This document shows, one piece after another, positions 8,255-16,432 of a stretch of 18,169 nucleotides of DNA. The translations under genes and the position numbers were made by a program. The stretch's first letter is position 1, and every line of letters starts with the position of its first letter. A model generated the notes under the pieces. It was not told the origin of the DNA, did no database searches, and was given only the letters and a program-made list of their open reading frames with translations. The DNA is taken from positions 1 through 18,169 of the forward strand of contig CAZOYD010000065.1 in the NCBI GenBank assembly GCA_964583985.1. Direction: 5' to 3'. This stretch comes from an uncultured archaeon (GTDB taxonomy: Archaea > Asgardarchaeota > Lokiarchaeia > Sigyniarchaeales > SOKP01).

Positions 8255-9397
8255 TTATTTGACTTTATATACTGATTTTAATAATTCTCTATTACTTACA
8301 GCACTTTTTGATAAATTTGGATATGAAAATTGATTATCAGAAACAATACCAAGAGGATATAAATTAAGTTGCCCATTTTCTAGGATAAGTTTACAAAATA
8401 TCCCCTCAATTGGTTTCTTCCTACCCTTGTAATTTTTAAATTCTTCAATTAATTTTAAATTCCCTTTCTTTTCAGGTATTCTTATAATCAAGGGATAATC
8501 TTCCTTATGAGTAAGTTCAAAAACAATCATTGGAGTGATGTCTCCTTCTTGACCTTCTTTATGAAACTCAATGATATTTACCTCTTTTACGTATAAATAA
8601 TCAATAAAACTTGCAGGTAAGTCAAAAGGGGTTATTTCATGATCTTTGACAATTTTCTGATATATTTCTTTGGAATTATAATAAAATTTATCTAATTTTG
8701 AGATGGAAACATGGGTATCTTCTGAAGATTCTTCGTCAATATATATTTTTGATTCGGGATTTTTTTCTAAGAAGATAAGGTCATCTTTTTCATTACATGG
8801 AATTTGATCGCCTTCAATATATTTTAAAAGTATTGACGAAACCGGACATGTAGGAACTGAATTAGGTAGATCAAGGTGTAGTAAAGCCTCTGCAGTCACT
8901 CCTGATTTGTATGGAAGCATTAAATGCCATTTCAATATTTTTCCTCTTGTCTTTCCAAACAATGAAAGGAAATAAAACACAAATCCAACGATCGATCCTT
9001 CTAAATGTATTTTTTCTGTTCCAACCACTTTGAGAATTAGTTTGCTTTTTATCTCTGCCTCTAATGGTGTACCCATTAATCTATCAAATATGATAGGTTT
9101 TTCATCCATCAAGCCTTCCTGTAAAGAAAAAGCTCGGCTTAAAAGCCAACAGTTACTAAGAAAGAACACATACCGTTCAATATTGAATGCATCACGATTT
9201 TCAAGAAATCTTTTTAACTCTATATGTAAGTACCTTAAAGATGCAGCCAATCGATAGGCTTTTAATTGGGAGGTGCTCTGCAAAAAAAACTCTATGTTTT
9301 TAATATTCTCTTTCGAGACAAAATTCAATCCACTATATGCTAAACTTTCAATATAATCCTTTACTTGGACAGCAACATTTCCTAATTGAAGACTCAA
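8255..9397 (-). CDS. Uncharacterised protein in the MoxR operon (N-terminal helical bundle, beta-rich C-terminal part)
   Basis: 380-aa ORF with TTG start, preceded by a GAGGAG Shine-Dalgarno-like site at the end of the upstream gene (4-nt gap). No family recognised with certainty. Confidence 0.8.
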   Translation of the reverse strand: MSLQLGNVAVQVKDYIESLAYSGLNFVSKENIKNIEFFLQSTSQLKAYRLAASLRYLHIELKRFLENRDAFNIERYVFFLSNCWLLSRAFSLQEGLMDEKPIIFDRLMGTPLEAEIKSKLILKVVGTEKIHLEGSIVGFVFYFLSLFGKTRGKILKWHLMLPYKSGVTAEALLHLDLPNSVPTCPVSSILLKYIEGDQIPCNEKDDLIFLEKNPESKIYIDEESSEDTHVSISKLDKFYYNSKEIYQKIVKDHEITPFDLPASFIDYLYVKEVNIIEFHKEGQEGDITPMIVFELTHKEDYPLIIRIPEKKGNLKLIEEFKNYKGRKKPIEGIFCKLILENGQLNLYPLGIVSDNQFSYPNLSKSAVSNRELLKSVYKVK

Positions 9398-9401
9398 TTA
9401 T

Positions 9402-9743
9402 TTACTCCTCTTCTTTTAAAGTATTTTTAACACTCTCTACTGTCATGATCTTCTCAAGCATTCTGGTTACTGCTATTATACGTAAAATCTCGATCGATAT
9501 CTCTTTTTTTAAATTGATAGGAATAGGTTTATGAGTCAAATTTTGTATTTTTTCTAAAAATGATTCTAAAAGCTCACTCAGTGTCGTAAAATTCATCTCC
9601 TTTAGCCTGTCTTTTAAATCCACGAGATCGGAGCTGTTTTCGTAACTTACACTGTCTATTCCTTTGATTATAATTTCATTTAACTTGATTTTAATAATAT
9701 CCAGAATATGGAAGCTTTCTCTTATTTGTTCATCTTGTGCCAC
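9402..9743 (-). CDS. Small helical protein in the MoxR operon
   Basis: 113-aa ORF with GTG start, tightly packed in the operon. Amphipathic helical pattern with a GIDSVSYEN motif. Confidence 0.75.
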   Translation of the reverse strand: MAQDEQIRESFHILDIIKIKLNEIIIKGIDSVSYENSSDLVDLKDRLKEMNFTTLSELLESFLEKIQNLTHKPIPINLKKEISIEILRIIAVTRMLEKIMTVESVKNTLKEEE

Positions 9744-9762
9744 TTTTCTCTACCCATCTTGA

Positions 9763-10257
9763 TTAAAAAGCAAAAAAATCCTCTGGTAATATTTCAACGG
9801 GGCGCCATTCAATCACGCCTTCTAAAGCATTTTGATATTTTAAAAAAATCCCTGTAGCTTCGTTTTTATCGAAATATGGCTTATTTAGCTTTGTTTTATC
9901 CACCCATTTTATCATTTCATCAATTGTTCCTTGATTTGTCTTTATGACCGCAATCAACGCCAATATAATATGCTTGCAAATTTTCCCCCTAAGACCACCG
10001 CAAGGATGAAGATTTTGAGTACCGCAAAAAAAATTCCCCTTGGATGAAAGTTTTACGGCATATTCTAAACTTTCTGGATGGGTCTGTGATTTAATAACTG
10101 CTTTAAACGATTCAGCATTTTTGTCAATATAAAGGAGATTTATTTCTTTTTTGTACATATTTATAGCTTTATCAATCCGAGGAGGAATCGTATCATCTTT
10201 TATTGATGAATTGAGCTGTTTTACAAATTTTAAGATACTATTATCTGTTATACTCAT
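9763..10257 (-). CDS. SWIM-like zinc-finger protein with WRP..PED..AF C-terminal tail; first gene of the operon
   Basis: AVIKSQT....EYAVKL....FFCGTQNLHPCGGLRGKICKHIILAL contains the SWIM-type CxH followed by a hydrophobic helix. Ligand spacing is C-x7-C-x7-C-x-H. Confidence 0.8.
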   Translation of the reverse strand: MSITDNSILKFVKQLNSSIKDDTIPPRIDKAINMYKKEINLLYIDKNAESFKAVIKSQTHPESLEYAVKLSSKGNFFCGTQNLHPCGGLRGKICKHIILALIAVIKTNQGTIDEMIKWVDKTKLNKPYFDKNEATGIFLKYQNALEGVIEWRPVEILPEDFFAF

Positions 10258-10406
10258 ATTAATCCCTAGACTTTTTTGTATTTATTATAAATAGATAAAT
10301 ACTTATTAAAAACTAACGATTTTTTTTTGCCTAAGAAAGCAGTTAGACTTATGAAAGAATTTTGCATATATCATTATAAATCACTATCTAAAAATCCAAA
10401 ACGACA
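10258..10406. promoter_or_regulatory. Divergent promoter region with TATA-like boxes on both strands
   Basis: Minus-strand TTTATAAT (10284-10291) lies about 26 nt upstream of the ATG at 10257. Plus-strand TTATAAA (10374-10380) lies 26 nt upstream of the ATG at 10407. Both spacings fit archaeal leaderless or short-leader transcripts. Confidence 0.45.
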
Positions 10407-11030
10407 ATGAATAAAACTCAACTTCCTACTACTTGTCCGAATTGTGGGAAACCACTTCGTGAGCGAAAGGGGAAATATGGACCGTTTTTAGGTTGTATGG
10501 GTTATCCGGAGTGTAACTTTACATTTGATCTATCAGAACAATCAAGGATCACATGTCCAATATGCGATAAAAAGTTAAAAATACGCCTTGGAAGAATTAA
10601 CAAGTACTTAAGTTGTAGCGGTTATCCCGAATGTACATTTAATTATTTCCCAGATAGCGAGGAACAAGAATTCGTCCTCTCTTGTCCCGATTGTAAAAAT
10701 GATCTTTTTACAGATAAACACCGAAATTTACAAATTTTATGTAAAGGATGTAAATTTACGTTGAGCATGAACCGAGATGATATGATTCTCTGTCCAAATT
10801 GTAATAAACCATTAACGGTTAGAACGGGAACATATGGAAGATTTCTTGGATGTACGGGGTATCCCGACTGCCGATTTGCTAGCAATCTAGAACGTTCCTA
10901 TACAGGGAAACAAAAAAAAGTGTACTGTTCAAAATGCGGAAGTGCATTGGAATTAATATCTGCAAGTTCTGGAGATTTTCTTCGATGTACATCACATCCA
11001 AAATGTGATTTCACTTATATTCTTGAATAA
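10407..11030 (+). CDS. Stand-alone topoisomerase I-type C4 zinc-ribbon repeat protein (YrdD-like)
   Basis: Repeats CPNCGKPL..RKGKYGPFLGCMGYPEC, CPICDKKL...GRINKYLSCSGYPEC, a shortened CPDC...CKGC, CPNC...GTYGRFLGCTGYPDC and CSKC...GDFLRCTSHPKC. No catalytic domain. Confidence 0.9.
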   Translation: MNKTQLPTTCPNCGKPLRERKGKYGPFLGCMGYPECNFTFDLSEQSRITCPICDKKLKIRLGRINKYLSCSGYPECTFNYFPDSEEQEFVLSCPDCKNDLFTDKHRNLQILCKGCKFTLSMNRDDMILCPNCNKPLTVRTGTYGRFLGCTGYPDCRFASNLERSYTGKQKKVYCSKCGSALELISASSGDFLRCTSHPKCDFTYILE

Positions 11031-11147
11031 ATTTTTTAAGATTGGCATTAAAATTTGTTTGATTACAGTGATCCTTTTATTCCATTACCATTTAGGTGAA
11101 TTGAAACAAAAATTGGAATATTTTTTATTTAAATAGATGAAATTAAG

Positions 11148-11159
11148 AAAAAAAAAAAA
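11148..11159 (-). terminator. Oligo(T) archaeal-type terminator after the BAR-like gene
   Basis: A12 on plus (T12 on minus), 4 nt after the stop codon at 11164. Confidence 0.55.
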
Positions 11160-11163
11160 TAGG

Positions 11164-11796
11164 TTACATTTTTGATTCTTCTACCACTTTGATCGCATCG
11201 GCCTTTACTTTTACTGTTGCTACGGAATCAAGGATTTTTTTATGCCAAATAGTTTGAATATCTACCATATTTTTTAGAAGAACTTGCATTTTTTCTAATT
11301 TAACTTTATTAAAGTCCTCAGTTGCTACTTTTACAACGTTTTGTTCTTTGGCAGCGTTGTCTTTCGCAGTTTTTAATGCTGTTTCAGCCGTTTCTATTTC
11401 GTTTGGCTTTAATTTTTCTTTTGGTTTGCTTTGGATTTTAGTTAGATGCTTTTCAGCTTTTTCTAATTCTTTTGTAGCCTTTTCAGCTTCATTTTGTTCA
11501 GTTTGGAGTTTTTGTAGACCAATTAAAAGATCATTTAGTGGTGCAATGTATTCTTCTCGGAGTCTCTTGATTTTCTCCGCGCTTTCTTTTTCAATCATTT
11601 CAAATGTCGAAGCTAATGAATTTATTGCTTGTCCTAAAGAAGGAGTCTCTGTTTCAGCATAAGCTTTTAACGCATTGGAAGTCTTTTTAATTTCCCTTGT
11701 GACATTTTCCTCTGCATTAATATATTGATTACTTTCTTTAATCAACTCACTAATTTTATTGCTCGTAATTCCTAAAGCATTTGTCAAGTTATCCAT
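11164..11796 (-). CDS. BAR-domain-like all-helical protein (resembles FAM92/CIBAR-type BAR)
   Basis: 210 aa with three long amphipathic helices. AYAETETPSLGQAINSLA...RLREEYIAPL...FNKVKLEKMQVLLKNMVDIQTIWHKKILD recalls BAR-domain helix signatures. Confidence 0.65.
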   Translation of the reverse strand: MDNLTNALGITSNKISELIKESNQYINAEENVTREIKKTSNALKAYAETETPSLGQAINSLASTFEMIEKESAEKIKRLREEYIAPLNDLLIGLQKLQTEQNEAEKATKELEKAEKHLTKIQSKPKEKLKPNEIETAETALKTAKDNAAKEQNVVKVATEDFNKVKLEKMQVLLKNMVDIQTIWHKKILDSVATVKVKADAIKVVEESKM

Positions 11797-12029
11797 AAAT
11801 TTCTTAAACGTTTTTAAACACCTATTTTATTATTTGAGATCTAAATTATAAAAGAGTTTATAACGTTATTGTTTATAAAAAATCAATCATAATTCTTAAT
11901 ATAACATTTTCAACCAAACTCAGAAATAATTAAGTGTTGCTTTATTAAAAATGGTAAAAAACGAATAAAATCTTTAGAAATACCAATATCTTACAAATTC
12001 ATTGAAAAAATAATGTTTATATTTAAATA

Positions 12030-13544
12030 TTAATCATATTTACATGATTTAATCAATTTCCCTTTCTCTGATAAATTCAGTACAATAACTTTTGGTCTAC
12101 TCATTGCTTCAATCGAATATTTTATTCCTTGTGTTCCTAACCCTGATGATTTAGTTCCCAAAAATGGAAAATGATCGGGACCTCTTTCACTTTTTCCATT
12201 TATTTGTACAGTACCCACTTCCAATTCCTGCGCAATATTAAAAGCTAAATCGATATTTTCTGTGAAAATCATGCCTTGCAGGCCATATTCTGACTTATTT
12301 GATATTTCTATTGCTTCTTCAGCACTTTTAACTCTTAAAAAAGGTAATATAGGGCCAAAAGGTTCTTCCCAAGCGATTTTCATGTCAATTGTAACGTTAT
12401 CAACCAATGTAGGCCACATGATGTTACCTTCCCTTTTATTTCCGCACAGCAGAGTGCCTCTCTTTTCTAAAGCATCGTCTATCAGTCCTTGAACAAAATC
12501 ACAATGTTCCGAGCTTATGAGGGGTCCAATGTTTGCATTTTTTTCAGGATCTCCAATGGATAAATTCAAAGTCTTCTTTTTGACCAATTCTATTAATTTA
12601 TCAGCAATTCCGGGCATTGGAAGAACCCTTTTCACTGCAGTACATCTTTGCCCACTATAAGAAAATGCTCCCGAGACAATTGCTTCTGCCGTTAATTCTA
12701 AATCTGCATCGTTTAAAACGATGGCGGCATCTTTACCTCCTAATTCTAATAACAAAGGTTTCATTCCGACAATACTAGCAAGATGCTTTCCCGTTTCAGA
12801 GGACCCGGTGAAACACACCATATCAACGAGGGGATGTTGTACTAAATAATCACCAATTTCAGATCCCTTTCCAGTGATTATATTAATAACTCCAGGAGGA
12901 ACTCCTGCTTTTTCCAAAATCAATCCAAAAAATAAAGGACTAATGGCTCCTTGGGAAGGTGGTTTTACCACAACAGTATTTCCTGCCATTAATGCAGGAG
13001 CTATTTTCGATCCTGTAAGATTAAAGGGATAATTAAAGGGACCTATGCAAAGAATCACCCCCAAGGGAACCCGATACGTAATTGACATTTTATTTTTGCC
13101 GAAACCTTTAAAAGATTCACCGTAAATGGCTTCCCCTTCTTGTTGCAAACCTGCTTCTGCTGTGGCTTCAAAAAGTTCAGCTGTTCGTGTTATTTCAGAT
13201 ACAGCACTTTTTAGTGGCTTACCTATCTCTTTCATCATTATATACCCTAAAGGATTAGCCCATTCTTTCATTAATTCAGCAGCTTTTTTTAGTATTTCAG
13301 CTCTTTCTTTCTGAGTTTTTTCTTCCCAACACTCCAAACTTTCTTTTGCAACGGTTATGACATTATTAGCTTCTTCAATGGAACATGCCTGCACAGTCCC
13401 TACTATCTCATCATCAAAAGGATTCTTAATGATTATGGTTTTTCCCGAAGATGACTTTTTCCATGTACCAGATACATAATATTTAAAATCTAAATTATCT
13501 CTCATTACAATCGAATTAGGAATTTTTTCGATTTCTTCTAACAT
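12030..13544 (-). CDS. gapN: NADP-dependent non-phosphorylating glyceraldehyde-3-phosphate dehydrogenase (ALDH superfamily)
   Basis: PFNYPFNLTGSKIAPALMAGNTVVVKPPSQG, FTGS, LELGGKDA, FSYSGQRCTAVKRV, WEEPFGP, RGPDHFPFLGTKSSGLGTQG. Confidence 0.88.
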   Translation of the reverse strand: MLEEIEKIPNSIVMRDNLDFKYYVSGTWKKSSSGKTIIIKNPFDDEIVGTVQACSIEEANNVITVAKESLECWEEKTQKERAEILKKAAELMKEWANPLGYIMMKEIGKPLKSAVSEITRTAELFEATAEAGLQQEGEAIYGESFKGFGKNKMSITYRVPLGVILCIGPFNYPFNLTGSKIAPALMAGNTVVVKPPSQGAISPLFFGLILEKAGVPPGVINIITGKGSEIGDYLVQHPLVDMVCFTGSSETGKHLASIVGMKPLLLELGGKDAAIVLNDADLELTAEAIVSGAFSYSGQRCTAVKRVLPMPGIADKLIELVKKKTLNLSIGDPEKNANIGPLISSEHCDFVQGLIDDALEKRGTLLCGNKREGNIMWPTLVDNVTIDMKIAWEEPFGPILPFLRVKSAEEAIEISNKSEYGLQGMIFTENIDLAFNIAQELEVGTVQINGKSERGPDHFPFLGTKSSGLGTQGIKYSIEAMSRPKVIVLNLSEKGKLIKSCKYD

Positions 13545-13660
13545 GATTTTCTTCTTTCTAACTATTGCATTTTTATAAATAAATGTTCTTAGAAATCTTA
13601 GAACAATATCATTTTTATATTTATTAATTATAATTCAAATGTCGGAAGAAATCTAAAAGT

Positions 13661-13670
13661 AAAAAAAAAA
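13661..13670 (-). terminator. Oligo(T) terminator after the beta-propeller gene
   Basis: A10 on plus (T10 on minus), 9 nt after the stop codon at 13680. Confidence 0.5.
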
Positions 13671-13679
13671 TGAAGGAAT

Positions 13680-14969
13680 TTAATTTTTAATTGAGAGATG
13701 CAAGTGCTTCTTTTTAATTGTTATTATAGAGATAATAGATATTATAGCAATTAAGATAAAGAAGTTTCCAAGTGGAATAGCGATGGGAAGAACTGGAATT
13801 TCTTGATAAAACAAATAAACTTGCATGTCTTTTGATCCGGCTACAATATGACTCCCATCTGCGGAAATAGTCACACAATTTATATCATCACCCGTAGTAT
13901 AATTCCATAAAGGCGTTGAACTTGATTTTGCGAATAAATACACCCTGTTATCATAACTTCCCATTGCAATGTAATTTCCATTATCCGAGAGTGCTATACA
14001 TCTTGGAAAATTATGATCTCCAATTTGATCACCTGCGGAATAATTCCATAATGGAATTGGACTTGATCTTTCAAATAGATAAAGTTTACCTTCGTCTCCC
14101 CCAGCCGCCATATAGTTACCATCAGAATCTATCGCAACATTATATATGAACCCTGCTGTTGTATAATTCCATAAAGGAATTGAGCTTGATCGATGAAAGA
14201 GAGTGACCTTGTCATCTGCTGCTCCTGAGATGATATAATTCCCATCAGATGAAATTGCAACCGAATATACATCCCCTCCTGCAGTATAATTCCATAACGG
14301 TGTAGAACTTTCTTTATTAAATAGATATAAATGATTATTTTGACTCACCGTAGCGATATAGCTTCCATCAGCAGATATTGCAACGGAAAATCCTCCCTCT
14401 CCCATATCATATGTCCACATCTCGGTTTTAGGACTTGAAATGGAGTCATTAAGTAAGAAAATTACACCAGAATCTGTCGCTGCAACAATATATTTGCCAT
14501 CCAAAGAAATCGCAACGTCGTTCATTAGATCTCCTGTTGGAAAATAATCCCAAATTGGTAATTTGGGCGAACTTACTGAATTATTCAAAAAGAAGATATG
14601 ACCCCCATCATTTACTGCTGCGATATGACTTCCATCTGATGAAATTGCGGCAGCATATACGTTATTAGACGTTAAAAACCTCCAAAGTGGTGTTTTCATT
14701 GTAGAACTAGTTTGATTAAATAAATAAATACTGCTATCTGGCGAGGAACTACTTGCTGTAATAAAATTTCCTTGCGATGAAATATCAACAGATCTGATTT
14801 CATCAGTAGTAGTATAATTCCAGAGAAGATCTCCTGAATTAGCACTTATATGTATATTAGATTGTTCTTCGTCTTGTTGATTATTCATCGGAATCTTAAA
14901 TGAAATAAAAATAAAAACCAAGAGGAAAGATAACAATATCAGATTGAAATAATTTGATTTTTTTTTCAT
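13680..14969 (-). CDS. Secreted/membrane-anchored 8-bladed WD40/PQQ-like beta-propeller protein
   Basis: N-terminal MKKK plus hydrophobic segment; eight repeats of PLWNYT...VAISxDGxYI......LYLF; C-terminal IPLGNFFILIAIISIISIITIKKK transmembrane anchor with basic tail. Confidence 0.88.
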   Translation of the reverse strand: MKKKSNYFNLILLSFLLVFIFISFKIPMNNQQDEEQSNIHISANSGDLLWNYTTTDEIRSVDISSQGNFITASSSSPDSSIYLFNQTSSTMKTPLWRFLTSNNVYAAAISSDGSHIAAVNDGGHIFFLNNSVSSPKLPIWDYFPTGDLMNDVAISLDGKYIVAATDSGVIFLLNDSISSPKTEMWTYDMGEGGFSVAISADGSYIATVSQNNHLYLFNKESSTPLWNYTAGGDVYSVAISSDGNYIISGAADDKVTLFHRSSSIPLWNYTTAGFIYNVAIDSDGNYMAAGGDEGKLYLFERSSPIPLWNYSAGDQIGDHNFPRCIALSDNGNYIAMGSYDNRVYLFAKSSSTPLWNYTTGDDINCVTISADGSHIVAGSKDMQVYLFYQEIPVLPIAIPLGNFFILIAIISIISIITIKKKHLHLSIKN

Positions 14970-15061
14970 AGAATTTCAATACCTCATATATTTGTATTAG
15001 TGATGCATTATTTAGTTATAATTCTTTTTATTCAGAGAATTCATCATATAAAATTTTAAAC

Positions 15062-16432
15062 TCATTTCTCATAATCTGTGAATTGAGGTATAAATCCTTC
15101 TTTCATTAATAATCTGAATTGTCCTTGAGAATTATCAATTATTTTCTTAGATTTGGAGATTAGTTCTTCCTCAGAGAGATTAATTTTTGCAATTCCTTGC
15201 TCAATTGCTTTCAGTCCTACAGCAGAAGCTTGCGTAACAAACGCATTTTCATATTGCATGTTAGGGAGAATACAATTATCCACGAGACACCCTTCAATCT
15301 CATCTACTAATTTTGCGAGAGCATGCGCCGCTGCAATGCACATTTCATCAGTTATGGTTTTAGCACGTACATCTAAGGTTCCCCTAAATATTCCGGGAAA
15401 ACAAAGTGAATTATTAACCTGATTTGGAAAATCAGAGCGGCCAGTTGCGACAATTCGAGCTCCAGCTTCTTTAGCATCCCATGGAAAAATCTCCGGAATT
15501 GGATTCGCTAGGGCAAAAACTATTGCATCATCGGCCATTTTTGAAATCCATTCTTTTTTTATAACATTTGGTCCTGGAATGCTTGAAGAAATGAGAATAT
15601 CCGCACCTTCTAAAGCTTTACTACAATCTCCCATAACTTGTTCTTTATTACTTATTTTAGCGACTTCACATTTATAATCTTGAGGACATTGTAGATCTGG
15701 TCGCTCTTTATATAAGATTCCATTACTATCAACAAATATTGAGTCCGTAATGTTAAATTCGTCAGTTTTTAATAAGCGATAAATCCCAAAATTAGCAGCA
15801 CCTATTCCATTGAAAACGATCTTAACTTGTTCTTTTTTCTTTCCAACAATTCGTAGAGAATTCATTAATCCTGCAAGAGTGACACAAGCCGTACCCTGTT
15901 GATCATCATGCCAAACAGGAATATTGATGTCTGGATCACTGCGCAATTTATCTAAAACGGTAAAACATTTTGGATTGCTAATATCTTCTAAATTGATTCC
16001 ACCAAATGTAGGTTGAACCATCTTTACAAACTCTATAATATCTTCGGCTTTACAACATTTTTTTTTACCGATACACAATGGAAACGCATCCACTCCTCCT
16101 AAATATTTAAATAGTAAAGCTTTACCTTCCATTACCGGCATTGCTGCTTCAGGACCAATATTTCCAAGACCTAACACTCTACTTCCATCACTTACGACCG
16201 CGACAAAATTCCACTTACTCGTATAATCATAAACTTTTTCTTTATTCTGAAAGATTTCAGATGAGGGTGCGGCTACTCCAGGAGAATACCAAATTCCAAA
16301 ATCATCATAATTTCGAACTTGACAACGTGAAATAACTTGAATCTTTCCTCTGTAGAACTTATGCATTTTAATTGCATTTATTCCCGGTTTTTTTGCACTT
16401 TTAAGGAGTTGTTCTTTAGTTTTTTTTTCCAT
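15062..16432 (-). CDS. NAD(P)-dependent malic enzyme
   Basis: YSPGVA, VVSDGSRVLGLGNIGPEAAMPVMEGKALLFK, NLEDI, WHDDQQGT, GIGAA, ALANP, ATGRSDFPNQVNN. Confidence 0.93.
   Translation of the reverse strand: MEKKTKEQLLKSAKKPGINAIKMHKFYRGKIQVISRCQVRNYDDFGIWYSPGVAAPSSEIFQNKEKVYDYTSKWNFVAVVSDGSRVLGLGNIGPEAAMPVMEGKALLFKYLGGVDAFPLCIGKKKCCKAEDIIEFVKMVQPTFGGINLEDISNPKCFTVLDKLRSDPDINIPVWHDDQQGTACVTLAGLMNSLRIVGKKKEQVKIVFNGIGAANFGIYRLLKTDEFNITDSIFVDSNGILYKERPDLQCPQDYKCEVAKISNKEQVMGDCSKALEGADILISSSIPGPNVIKKEWISKMADDAIVFALANPIPEIFPWDAKEAGARIVATGRSDFPNQVNNSLCFPGIFRGTLDVRAKTITDEMCIAAAHALAKLVDEIEGCLVDNCILPNMQYENAFVTQASAVGLKAIEQGIAKINLSEEELISKSKKIIDNSQGQFRLLMKEGFIPQFTDYEK

Noticed and set aside
1509-11030. Possibility that the cluster is a mobile element or prophage
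   Set aside because: No integrase, transposase, tRNA, terminal repeat or viral gene is visible in the window.
13890-14300. Recurring TAATTCCATAA-like words at roughly 120-140 nt spacing, superficially array-like
   Set aside because: These encode the LWNY strand of the propeller blades. The repeats are too short and the spacing too long for CRISPR, and there are no cas genes.
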